DNA of 61,158 nucleotides, counting the filler, from Thelocarpon superellum (Eukaryota): assembly GCA_026025795.1 (NCBI GenBank). It is 2 parts of 2 records of this genome, joined end to end, with 100 filler letters (N's around TTAATTAATTAA, not from the genome) between each part and the next. Parts side by side here need not be neighbours in the genome. Positions count along the whole stretch, not along the records: positions 1 to 30,533 come from JAPEUG010000201.1; 1 more part is not named here. The stretch is one strand, 5' to 3'. A program made the translations under genes and the position numbers. This document shows, one piece after another, positions 1-11,184 of this stretch (its first letter is position 1; the number at the start of each line of letters is the position of its first letter). The notes under the pieces were generated by a model. The model did not search any database. It was not told the DNA's origin and saw only the letters and a program-made list of their open reading frames with translations.

Positions 1-132
1 CGAGGCACCACGAATCTACGGGTCGTGGACGCCTCGGTCTTTCCCAAGATCCCAGGCTTCTACATTGCCGTGCCCATTTACATGATCAGCGAGAAGGCGG
101 CGGACGTCATCATCGCTGCTGCCACGGTGTAG
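1..132 (+). CDS. GMC oxidoreductase, C-terminal end (partial; gene begins before the window)
   Basis: Frame 1 reads RGTTNLRVVDASVFPKIPGFYIAVPIYMISEKAADVIIAAATV*. LRVVDASVFP and YMISEKAAD are the typical GMC_oxred_C terminal motifs. Confidence 0.9.
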   Translation, partial: RGTTNLRVVDASVFPKIPGFYIAVPIYMISEKAADVIIAAATV

Positions 133-192
133 CATCTCGTCTGAGGACCCTGCAACTAGATCATTAGCATGGACTGTGTTACTTGGCGATGT

Positions 193-400
193 TTCTTCGT
201 CGTCTTCTTCTTCTTCTTCTTCTTCTTCTTCTTCTTCTTCTTCTTCTTCTTCTTCTTCTTCTTCTTCTTCTCTTCTTCTTCTTCTTCTTCTTCTTCTTCT
301 TCTTCTTCTTCTTCTTCTTCTTCTTCTTCTTCTTCTCTTCTTCTTCTCTTCTTCTTCTCTTCTTCTACTTCTCTTCTTCTTCTTCTTCTACTTCTTCTTC
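193..400. repeat. Long interrupted (TTC)n/(GAA)n microsatellite
   Basis: About 200 nt of TTC units with a few phase shifts. It explains the poly-F/S/L/K/E ORFs in the ORF track. Confidence 0.97.
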
Positions 401-890
401 TAGCAGCTTGTGGCATCCTACCTTTTTTGTTCTCGGACAACTTCTTGGCACTAGCGTGGCCGCCCAATCCAAAAAAATCATCACCACAGAGTCAGCGTTG
501 TAGTTGGCCGTCCATCTGACGTCACGCGTAGCAGTGACATGGTGGGAATGGAATCCTCCGTAGAAATTCGCCATCGGACATCAGATCTGATCCACTATGC
601 GGCGGAACGTACTCGACTACAGATGTGGCAGAGGTAAGACTGCTCGTCTTACTGTGATCGACATCAAAGACATGAGTCAAGCAGGCAGGGGGTAAAATGT
701 GGACGGCTCTTCATGTGCGACGTGAGTGGGTGGGCACGGTGGGCTGGGCACTGTTGCAACTTGGATGAGCCACTGATAGGTCCTACTACCAATACGAGGA
801 ACTTGGAGGACAGTGTACGTCGACCCTGCCGTGTACGAGTACCCGCAGGCGGACTTGAGCGCAACTCGTCCAAGTTTGTGTGGTGTGTCT

Positions 891-990
891 GTACGGTCCC
901 CCGTACGGTCCCGTACGGTCCCCTACGGTCCCGTACGGTCCCGTACGGTCCCCTACGGTCCCCTACGGTCCCCCGTACGGTCCCCCGTAC
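891..990. repeat. Minisatellite of about 10-nt units CC(G/C)TACGGTC, roughly 9 copies
   Basis: Read directly: ccgtacggtc ccgtacggtc ccctacggtc ... Confidence 0.92.
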
Positions 991-1222
991 TCGTACTGTT
1001 GGGATTACGGAAACTTACTCGTCACCGGCACCCCAATCGTCGGTGTGAGTTGGCGGTTCATCACGCAAATCTTGCCTGCTCCTGCCCGTCCAGAGCCTGG
1101 TATAGGGCCTGCTAGACCGCGTACAAGCACTACGTACCAGAACTACTGGAGTGCCACACTGGTATTTGGAAGTCGGATGTTAGGGCGGGAACGGTTCTGG
1201 ACAGCACCGAGTCGGAGCATAA

Positions 1223-1258
1223 CCTGTCTTGCCTGTCTTGCCTGTCTTGCCTGTCTTG
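1223..1258. repeat. (CCTGTCTTG)x4 tandem repeat
   Basis: Four exact 9-nt copies. Confidence 0.9.
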
Positions 1259-1584
1259 CTTGTTCATGCTCGCCTCGGTGGCCGATCCCGGTGGCTTCCC
1301 TGTGACCGGTGCATCATTCAGCTGCAACGTGCACTCCCACGACCCGGCGACGTCCCGGCGACGACGACTCAGGTTTACCGCCGCCACTTAACCATAACGA
1401 TGGATACGCCGCGTCCACTCCAGGCTTGAACCGGTTCGGTGGCGCAGAGCTGCGCATCGCCATGACTCGCTCCATCCGTCCATAAGATCGAATTTCCATA
1501 CTCCAGTTACCCCCTTGGATCGGCCCGCTTTGGCAGCCTGTCGTGGACGGAGGGGGTTGTTGCGCGCTGCGTGCCAACTTGGAC

Positions 1585-4459
1585 ATGCCCTCCTTCGTGA
1601 CGGACGATGGAAGCCAGGCCTTCCGTGCCATTCTGCCCGACCCACATCGACCCTCGTACGAGAAGCAGTCCATCCACTCGAGCCTGATCGATGAACTGCC
1701 CAACGGACATGTCGAGAACGGGAGCGGGCCGGGGATTGGCATTGGGACCGGCCTCGGTGCCGTGACGGGCCCGAGAGCAATGAGAGAAAGTCGGCTCACC
1801 GACCCTCTGACTGACACCAGTTCTTATACCACCTACTCCATCCCAAACGGGCGGCCCTCCCGCCCCAGCAGTACCTATACCCGCGACGTCATGGGCTCCC
1901 GCGATGGGAGCATGGCCTCGAACATTGGCGGCGCAGCGGAGAATGGCTCAGGGAGTGCGGCCACAGCCATCGCCAATACCAACGCCAATGTCAATGCTAG
2001 TGACTTGTCCAAGTCCGCCCCGCCCGAGCTCTCGCATCTCCCCAATGGCCGGCCCACCTCGCCCGGCACCTACAGGGGCGCGGACATGGAGACCCCGCCA
2101 ATCCCGCGCTCCACCCCGCCGCTGTCCGGCCCGCCGCTGTCCGGCCCGCCGAATGGGCTGGCCCGCCCCGTGACGCCGGTGGAGGGCCCTCACTCACACA
2201 CCACTCCCGGCCCTCATCGCTTCTCTTCGCCGCCCGCCATGTCACAAGCCAACTTGACCCCGGGGACCTCCTCCACTTCCTCTACGCAGCCGTCGGTCCC
2301 TCCGCAGTTGCGACATCGACACACGCTGCAAGTTCCCAAACTGTCCACCTCGCGTAGCTCGCGAGAATCCGTCCGGGCCAGTCTGAATCCAACCGAGGAC
2401 GTGGGCCGGACCAGCGGCCGCTTTTCTCCCACCGCCTCCGGCCCTCGACGCACGTCCGTGACCTTGGGCCGGCGGACCACGCGCTCCATCCACTCCGACA
2501 TGCATCTCGACGAGATCCCCCAGGACGAGGACGCCGCGCGCTGGTCCGAGGCTATCCGACAAAAGCGAGCGAGCAAGCGGAGGCGCAAGGAAGAGGAGGA
2601 CGATGATCGGGTCGTGGTGGGAATCAAGGTCGACCAACACCACGTCAACTGGGTCACGGCCTACAACATGTTGACCGGCATCCGCTTCACCGTGTCGCGC
2701 ACCAATGCGAAGCTGGACCGCGCCCTGACCGACGCCGACTTTGATGCCAAGCACAAGTTCTCCTTTGATATCACGGGCAACGAGTTGACCCCGTCGGCCC
2801 GATATGATTTCAAATTCAAGGACTACGCCCCATGGGTCTTCCGCAAGCTGCGTGCCAAGTTCCGCCTCGATCCGGCCGACTACCTGATGTCGCTGACGAG
2901 CAAGTACATCCTGTCGGAGTTGGGCTCGCCAGGGAAGAGCGGAAGCTTCTTCTACTTCTCCCGCGACTACAAATACATCATCAAGACCATCCATCACACT
3001 GAGCACAAGCTGCTGCGCAAGATTCTCCGGCAGTACTATGATCACGTCGAGAGCAATCCCAACACGTTACTGTCACAATTCTACGGGCTGCATCGGGTGA
3101 AGATTCCGTACGGCAAGAAGATTCACTTTGTCGTCATGAACAACCTCTTCCCCCCCCATCGCGACATCCATCGCACCTTTGATCTCAAGGGATCGACCAT
3201 CGGCCGCGATTTCAAAGAGGAGGACCTGGAGAAGAATCCGCGCGCGACCTTGAAAGACCTCAACTGGCTGCGACGGAATCTTCGACTGGAATTCGGTCCG
3301 GCCAAGAAGAATCTATTCATCGAGCAGATGCACCGCGATGTTCGGCTGCTGCAGCGGCTGAACATCATGGACTATTCGCTGCTGGTCGGCATTCATGACC
3401 TCGAGAAGGGTAATGAGGAGAACCTCCGGGACAAGACGCTGCAGATCTTCCAGCCGGGGGGGGAGCGCGGCGAGGAGCCGATGAGCAACGTCCTGATGCG
3501 GACGCCGTCCAAGGTGGAGAACGCACGGAAGGCACGGGAGTTGCGGCAGATCATCAAGAAGGAGAAGCCGATTCCCCTCGACCAGAGTACGAGTAAGATG
3601 CCGGACGAGATGCTGGAGGAGCGCAAGCACTTTACCTTTTATGGAGATGACGGAGGCTTTCGTGCCACGCACGAAGACAATCGACCCGGGGAGGAGATCT
3701 ACTACCTGGGAATTATCGATTGTCTAACCAACGTGAGTAGGCACGTGGTGAAGGTGTGCATTCGTCAGGTGCTGACGAGTATGACAGTACGGGGTCGTGA
3801 AGAAGGCCGAGCACTTCTGGAAAGGCTTGTCGAGTCCCAAGTCGCAGATCTCTCCGATCCCACCCGAGGGCTACGGCGAACGCTTCATCCGATTCATCAC
3901 GGGCATTACGAAGAGTCGGGAGGAGAAGGAGCGTGAGCGGCTAAGCGCCGGCGAAGCAGAACCCTCGTCGCTCGACATGCAACGACTGTCCGGTCATCTG
4001 TCGCGTTCCTCTACGGACAAGGTGATGGACAAGGCAGAAAAGCAGGCGCGACAGCCTGACAAAGACGCGGTCGAGGAATCCGAAATGCCTGAGCGGACCC
4101 TCGGCACGGTGCGAAGCCCCTCGGCAGAACGCACGAATGGACTCACTGGCGCCACCTTGCCCGTGGTCGAGGAGGCGGGAGAGGGCGGCAGCACCAGCGG
4201 ACGAAGTCGAGATGAGAGCGTTTCGCACGACGGAGCCACACGAGACGATCGACCCAACGGAAGTGTCGCTGCGCCGACGACCGCGGCGAACGCCAGCATC
4301 CACACACAATCTGCAGTGACGGTGTCACTGATGGATGGTGAGGGAGCCTACACGCGGGACTCGACCGTCGATGTGTCTGTCGTCACGCCGGAAGATGTGC
4401 CAGATGATCTCTCATTTCGGATTCGCGATAGCTTCTACCTCACTGGGCCAGTGACCTGA
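1585..4459 (+). CDS. MSS4: Phosphatidylinositol-4-phosphate 5-kinase (Mss4/Its3), one intron 3733-3787
   Basis: Motifs DFKFKDYAPWVF, ELGSPGKSGSFFYFSRDY, FDLKGS, IMDYSLLVG and YLGIIDCLT. Intron GTGAGT..CTGAC..CAG restores the frame to YGVVKKAEHFWKGL. Confidence 0.95.
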
Positions 4460-4844
4460 GGGCAGACGTGGGGAAGGAGACGGGATGACAGATATCCTGA
4501 TCTGCGACGCGATGCAATGCAGTGCGATGCACTTTTTACTTTCCCATCTTCCTACATGTCATTCACCCTCCGCGCCTCCTGTCCCCTCCCTCTACATCTC
4601 CCACCCACAACCATCATCCATCCACCCTCACGTTCTACCACCCGCCTTTTGTTAACCACTCGTCTCTCACCCCCCTCCTCTTGTGTATTCGCATTGGTAT
4701 GCATGAGATGCGACGCGCGACACGCGACACGCGACACGCCATCCTCCCTTACTCTAAATCCCTTCGCCCTTCATCTCTCACTCACCCACTCCCCGTCTGC
4801 TCTTCAGCCCGTCGCTCATCCTCTTCTTCTGTTGATTTTGTATC

Positions 4845-4995
4845 ATCGCATCGCATCGCATCGGTACGGTAAACTACGGTACGGTACGGTACGGAATGGA
4901 TGGGTTGGATTGGATCGGATCGGATCAGCGTGGGCCATCATGCTGCGGCTGTTTTGCACTCTTCTGCTCTGCTCTGCTGGCTGTGCTCTGCTGTG
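4845..4995. repeat. Compound pentanucleotide microsatellites (TCGCA, TACGG, GGATC/GGATT, CTCTG)
   Basis: Consecutive short runs of different 5-mers in the region 3' of MSS4. Confidence 0.75.
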
Positions 4996-5407
4996 TTCGC
5001 TGTGGACGCTGTAGGTAGATAGATTGTCGTATGGTGGATACATACATTACGTACGGTACTTCGTACAATACAGTATGGAACGGGACGGCACGGTCGATAC
5101 ATCAAGGTACTACCCTTTCGTAGCACGATACCTTACTTCGTACATGACATGAGGGTGCATTACGAACGTACGTTACGAGACGATGAACTGCGTAGTTACC
5201 CAAGGATACTAAACGTTTCTTCTGTTCATCTATTCGTCTCGTATGCATTTCATTCCATTCTACTCAACCTGGCATTAGACCAACGCCACGGCATAGACTC
5301 AAACCGTCTCAGATGAGCTCAGATGAGCCAAGAGACCGGGTAGTTGGGAGGGAAAGGGAAGGAGAGGGAAGAGAGATAAGAAGACGAAGAGAGGGAAGCA
5401 GGATCAA

Positions 5408-6981
5408 TCAAGCCACGGACCTGGCACCAGTACCGGACCCAAACAGCGCAGCCAATGCACCAACTGTGTTTCTCTTCCCCTTCCCCTTCTTCTCCTTGCC
5501 CGTAACCGTCTCCACGTCCGTCTTGGCTCTCGAGCCCAGCTCTGACCCGGTGGGACCAGTCCGGATCGGAATCACCGTGATGGCGCTCTGAGTGGAGTGG
5601 GCCGAGCGCGTGGAGCGAGCCTTGGAGTGGCGAGAAGCTCGAGAATGGTGGTGAGAGCGAGTTGAGCCACCACTACCACCACCGACGCAGCTGACACTGT
5701 CGTCCGGTACCACTGTCGATTTGCTCGACACATGCACTGATTTATCTTGTTCCTCGTCATCGACGACCACCCTCGGCATCTCTGTATGCGACCGCCGTGA
5801 GCTCGTGCGTGAGTGCACAGTCTCCCCTCGCCGGGACGAAGGATGTGACGACCGCGTCGTGGGCGTCGACGTGTCGGATAGAGGATGGATTGTGGAAGCC
5901 GGGAGAGGGATCCGATCCGGCCTTATGGTGGCTGTGGCTGTGGTTGTGGACATAGAAGTGGAAGGGGGGCCTAACTGCGTAGAGGACCGCAGGGTGTAAG
6001 TCGGCGGGGTCTGGAAAGAGACCGCGGTCGATTGGGGAGAAGCCTCCAGCAACTTCATCGCCGTGTTGGCGACGGGGACTAGATTCGTGAGAAGCGTCTG
6101 TAGTCCGCTGCCTGGGTCGGACCGCGGAGATCCGGCTTCGTGACTTCGCACGCTGCTCGGGGCAGCTGAAGAGGCATAAGCTGTCCTGTTCGCATTCGAT
6201 GACACGCGACTCCCAATTTCGGTTCGTGCGGAGGAGGGCACTTCTCGATCTACCATGGTAATGGGCGTGGTGTTGTGGTTGTAGCCCTGTCGATTTCCAT
6301 CTCTCCCTGCGCCCTCGGACTCAGCTCGCATCATCGCGTACGCGACTGCCGCGCCGCCTGCCGCTCCGAGTAGCGTACCGACAACTGCCTTGGCCGAGGG
6401 GAGGTCGCTGCCTGGACTGGGCACATACATGGCCTGTGGCGCCCCAGGTGCAAAGGGAGCATTCGTCGGGGCGACAACCGATGGAGCCGGAGCCGCGCTG
6501 CGAGCCACGTCATCCTGCCATGCCGTGACGCTTCGCCCAGCCTTCGACACCACTGTCGGGGTAGAACTTGGATAGAATGAGGCCTCGAGGATATTGTGGT
6601 CGGGATCTAAGATCGTCACCCTGTATCCTGCGCCGCAGTCGACGCTGGATGATCCACCGGCATCGATAGCCGCTCGTTCGAAGGCGTGCAAGGCGGCGAG
6701 GGAAGGGGCTTGAAAGGTGATATGGTCCGTCCGTGGACTCCTCCTTCGACTGCGGGAATACTTCCGATAAGCTTCTGGACTCACTTGCTCAAGATCCTGT
6801 CAGGGGGAGCTTACTTGGTTCGTTTCTCGCAGAGGTGGAATCTCACTTCGTCCGTTCCAAAAGCCACGCCGTCCCTTTCATGGCTTATGTATCGATATCC
6901 CAATGGCTGCAGAGCCGCGAGATAGAAGGAGGTTGACTCGGCGAGATGAGACACCAGCACGGCGGGAGGAAAATATGCCAT
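5408..6981 (-). CDS. VOC/glyoxalase-like N-terminal domain protein with a long Ser/Thr-rich disordered tail; intron 6750-6814
   Basis: Exon 1 is MAYFPPAVLVSHLAESTSFYLAALQPLGYRYI..., followed by HITFQAPS..AAIDAGG..ILDPDHNILEA (VOC-fold pattern). A hydrophobic GTLLGAAGGAAVAYAM segment follows. Intron is GTAAGC..CAG. Confidence 0.7.
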
Positions 6982-8209
6982 CTTGATGGATATGAGGACA
7001 AGGGTTGATGAAGATGAAGAAGGAGAAGAGTGAGAGGGAGAGTCAACGGGTCAGCAATGGAGAGGAGGAAGGATAGCCGGAGCAGTCTCATATACGAGTA
7101 AATTTGTCAAAGACACAGCTTCGTAAGTGCGTCGTTACGAAGCAACGAAAATGACCTACCGACCCCAGGTCAAGCCAAAGTGAGGATTTAGATAGACGGA
7201 GCAAACACGAACAGCTCACGGTCATTTCGAACGAATCGCAGTCCCCCAATCCGCTTGGGTTGCTTGACACTTCATCCGGAGATAACACCCCTGTTCCTGG
7301 TCGATCGCTCTGTGGCTTCGGGTCGGGCCTCATGGCGCCACGGTCAGAGGCAGATGGTGGCGATGCCACCGGACTCCACCGGTCGCGATGCCACCGGTTT
7401 CTTGCCACGTCCATGGACATTGCAGCCATGGGCTTTCAGCTACCATGGTAAGATCTAGATTTTGACGGTAGAGTAGACATGGTTGGCCGCCTCGTGAGGG
7501 AACGTGGCCGACTGGTATCGCTTCCAAGTGCCTGCTGCACCACGGGACCTATTGAGAGTGTAGGGCGGGCGGTAGCGAGAAAGGCACCGCGCAGTCTACG
7601 GGTCGTACTGGTCAAAATTGCCGAGTCATTCTGGCGAGCCACTTCATAGGTTCTCAACCATTTCCGTCTCTGTCCCCGTTTGCTCCTCCGAACTCCCCTC
7701 AGAAAGGCGCTTCAAGTTTACCTAGGACGACTTGTAGAGCCGACCTTTAGATCCTTGTCCAAGGCCGCCAAGGATACCCAATCAACCCTATTCGACCATA
7801 GAAGCGTCATGTGTGACGCCAGAGTGGGCTTCCCGGCACTTGGTGGCCTACCCGGGCGCCGTTCACTCCCCCCCCTACTTCCCTCAGTTTCAGCCCCGCG
7901 CCCGGCCGCCTCCGGCCGCCCACTCGCACGCAAGGGATCAAAGGAGACGGTGTAGCGTGTTGAAGTGCTCCACCATAGACGACAAGTCGCCTTGAGTCTG
8001 TTGAACGCCCGATGTTTTGGTTGCAAAACATAGAAGACAGCCACAGTCACCCAACGCGTCATCGAGAGGACAAGGTACGAGACGCGGTGGATGTTGGGAT
8101 CGTAGCCCTCGTACCTCATCCCCCTCCCAGTCCCCACTTTCTGCCTGATGTGCCGGGAGCTGAGTTCCTTCCGCCTGCCGCGCGGCTTGCGTCCCGGCTC
8201 TCCGCTCCC

Positions 8210-9285
8210 TCAGACGATGTCCCAGATGTCTTCCGCCGCGTGACAGAACTTACTGCACGCCACACTCGCGCTCAAGCTGTAGTTACTGATGCTGATTTTG
8301 TCATCCACAAACTGATCCGCAAAGTCGTCCTCACCCTTGGCCATGGCCCCGACGAAGACGCACACGCTCTCCGTCGGACCCAGCTCCGCAATGTAGTCCC
8401 GCACCCGGACCACGGGTGCGTCGAAGCTGAGGGTAACCTTGCGGCAATGTGAGGGCAGATAGTCGGTGATGGGGTTCTTGATCACCCGGAGCAGCTTCTC
8501 CTGTGATTTGGTGGATCGGATCGACATGCGATGCAGCAGTTGTACCATGAGCCCGGCGAAGCGCTTGAAGGTCCGTGGGATCCGCACCGTCGGACTGACC
8601 TCGATGAGCACGCCTTTGGCGGTGTGGATGTAGATCTGAAGCTTGCCCGCTTTGTTGATGGGCGAGTCGAGCAGCGTGAGCAGGCACTATCGCCGTCGTG
8701 AGCTGGCACGGCGCCATCTGGCCAGGGCGAAGGGACCCTACCTGATGGGTAATGTCCGGTCGGGCATCGCTGATGTCGCGGTTCATCTTCCGCATCACTC
8801 CAATATGCTCGTCACTGTTGAGCAAGGAATATTTCTCCTCCCGCATGCCGTTGCGTCCGCCATGCGAGGACTTGTACGTCTCCAGACTCGCATGCGATAG
8901 CACAACGATCATGCGCTTGGTATCCTTGTCCGTGGCGGGAATCGGCACATGCTGTTCGGCCACGAGCTGTGGCAGTGCCGGTGGAGGGCATGACTGCGTT
9001 CCTACATTCGCCGAGCAGAAGAGACTGTTAGACATGTTTCATAGATGCGGGACAGCCGTCAAGGCCACAGATCACACTTCGAGTCAGGCGGAATGTACTG
9101 GAGGAAAGCTCTGGCCGTCGCCGTGCCAGCCTCGCGCAGGGATTGGAAGGCTGCCGGGAGAGAAATTGAATGGTGCGGGGTATCCAGCCGGTTAGGTTCC
9201 CTCTCACGAACAGGAGCAAACACAAGGAAGAAAAAGAGGGATATTTACTTGGTCGCTTCTTCAATCTTTCATCCGGCGAGGACAT
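8210..9285 (-). CDS. NEP1: 18S rRNA pseudouridine N1-methyltransferase Nep1/Emg1 (SPOUT); introns 9002-9248 and 8687-8741
   Basis: Motifs [46 protein letters not shown] and [14 protein letters not shown]. Spliced N-terminus is [20 protein letters not shown]. Confidence 0.95.
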
Positions 9286-11184
9286 CATGATCATCAGATC
9301 TGCGGGGAGACCCAAGTGAACTGTCAAATCTAGGGAGATCCTGGTGGGGTTGAAAGTGCTGTTTAAAAAGAACCCGACGCGATCCGAAGTCGGAGGTCTT
9401 GACGAGGCTCCGCACTTTACTCAGGTCTCTCGCCAAGTGTGCCCTAGCGTCGGGTTGTCTCTGGACTTTTGGGGCAGCCAGCTGTTCGACTCACAGGCAC
9501 CCGTGACGGGCTACGGCCGCTGTGGGGATTGAGGAGCAACCAGAGCACTTCGTACTACGAGTACTCGTACAGCACCATGGTATGACAAGCGCAACCATCA
9601 CTGAAACTCATCATGAGGAAGGGCTGGTGTGCAACCGCGCGTCCAGCATCTACAGTCAAAACGAGCTCTGCTGTGAGGTGTGGGGAGGTGCAAGTCGTTC
9701 ACCACACGGAGCTCAAGATGTAACCCTTTTCGCATCGAGCACGACGGACAACGGGGAATGTCTACTTATGTTGGATCTCACTATGGCCGACCGAAGACAC
9801 GGAGAGAACTCAGCCACAATTTGACGATCCGACGTGGCCCTAGCATTCAGCGATCCCCTCTATCCTGCTTATCGATTATTCAGGATCAGCGTCGGTTCTC
9901 GCTAGGCGACGGACATAGAATGTACAATATGTGCCCATCTTACGCCACACTACCGTCGCAGATGTGCCTGTATTGTGCAGCCGCAGGGCCCGGCCGTCTT
10001 GCTCCTTCCCTCCGTTTTGATCCCTCGATTGAGCATTTGAGATGCTGAGACGAAGCGTTTTGATTGCTGGATCCTTGGCTCAAGCCTTCATCATGAATCG
10101 ACGTAGGACGGGAGAGCACCTTGCACCGATGAATAAAAGCTGGGCAAAGACTGAGACGCGCGCGATCTCCTAAAGAGATTGCCAGATCGCGACATAGCCG
10201 GGAATGACGTCCAGGGCCGAGCACGGTGCAGCGGGTGTCTGTGGGCAGATCATCAAAGGATGCTCGCGACGGACCACGGGAGACCGGCGTTGCTCGTGGA
10301 GACCGGTAGCCGTGGGAGGGCTGGCGCCTCGCCCACCATGGATCCGTGCAGCGGGGGGAGTTAGCGGGGATGAAGGCTGGGCCGTGGAACGTGAAATGAT
10401 GTTCAGGATGGTGATTGAAATGGTTGGGATGCACCAGGGTTTGAGCATGGACCAGGGGCTGCAACGAAGTTCTCGGTGCGACCTCGCTTCGCGGGGTACT
10501 TTGATCTCCGCCCACCGAGTGTGTCACCGTGGGTACTGCGGTAGGCCGGGACCCGAAAGTGGACCCTGGGAACCTCCGACACCCGCAGTTTCTCCTGACG
10601 CCCGCCCCACGACCTTTTTCATTCCCCGCCAGATTACCGAATTGCTGCCCCGCCTCTGCGAGTCGCACGGCGTCTCGGCGCCAGCCTAACGGCCCGACCT
10701 CCCTGGCCCCTCCCCGGCTCCCTCCCTGGCTGGCGTCCCCACTGAATCTCGGAGCTCATCGCCACAGCGGCTCTGTCCACCTACCAGTACCACAATGACG
10801 CTTCCGCCGTCCTCCTCCCTTCATCCTCGATGAGACGATGTGCACCTCATGCCGGGTTTCACGCATGACCAATTCCGCTCGCGTCGAGACGGCACGGTAG
10901 CACTGATCATTTGCGATCGGCATCGTCTGTCAGTGTCAATGATGGCGCTCATCGTTCATGAACGAGATGTATAAGACATTGGACATGGACTCCACAAGCT
11001 TCTCGTGGCCTCACTACGAAGCTTGGCATTCTCCCTTGGTCGTTCTTCGACTGACGCTCATTTTTGCTCCTTTCCTTCTCGCTCCACACGTTGACCGTGT
11101 GCCTTCTCTTCTGCCTCCTCACCTTGTTTCCTTTCTCCATCCCGACCTACGACTTTACTCTGCATCACTTCGCACTTTGACATC

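Noticed and set aside
156..519. Poly-F/S/L/K/E ORFs
   Set aside because: They are translations of the TTC microsatellite, not genes.
2242..3045. Long antisense ORFs over MSS4 (likewise over DUF829, the lipase, fumarase and UBP6)
   Set aside because: Expected shadow ORFs from GC3-rich codon usage; no recognisable motifs.
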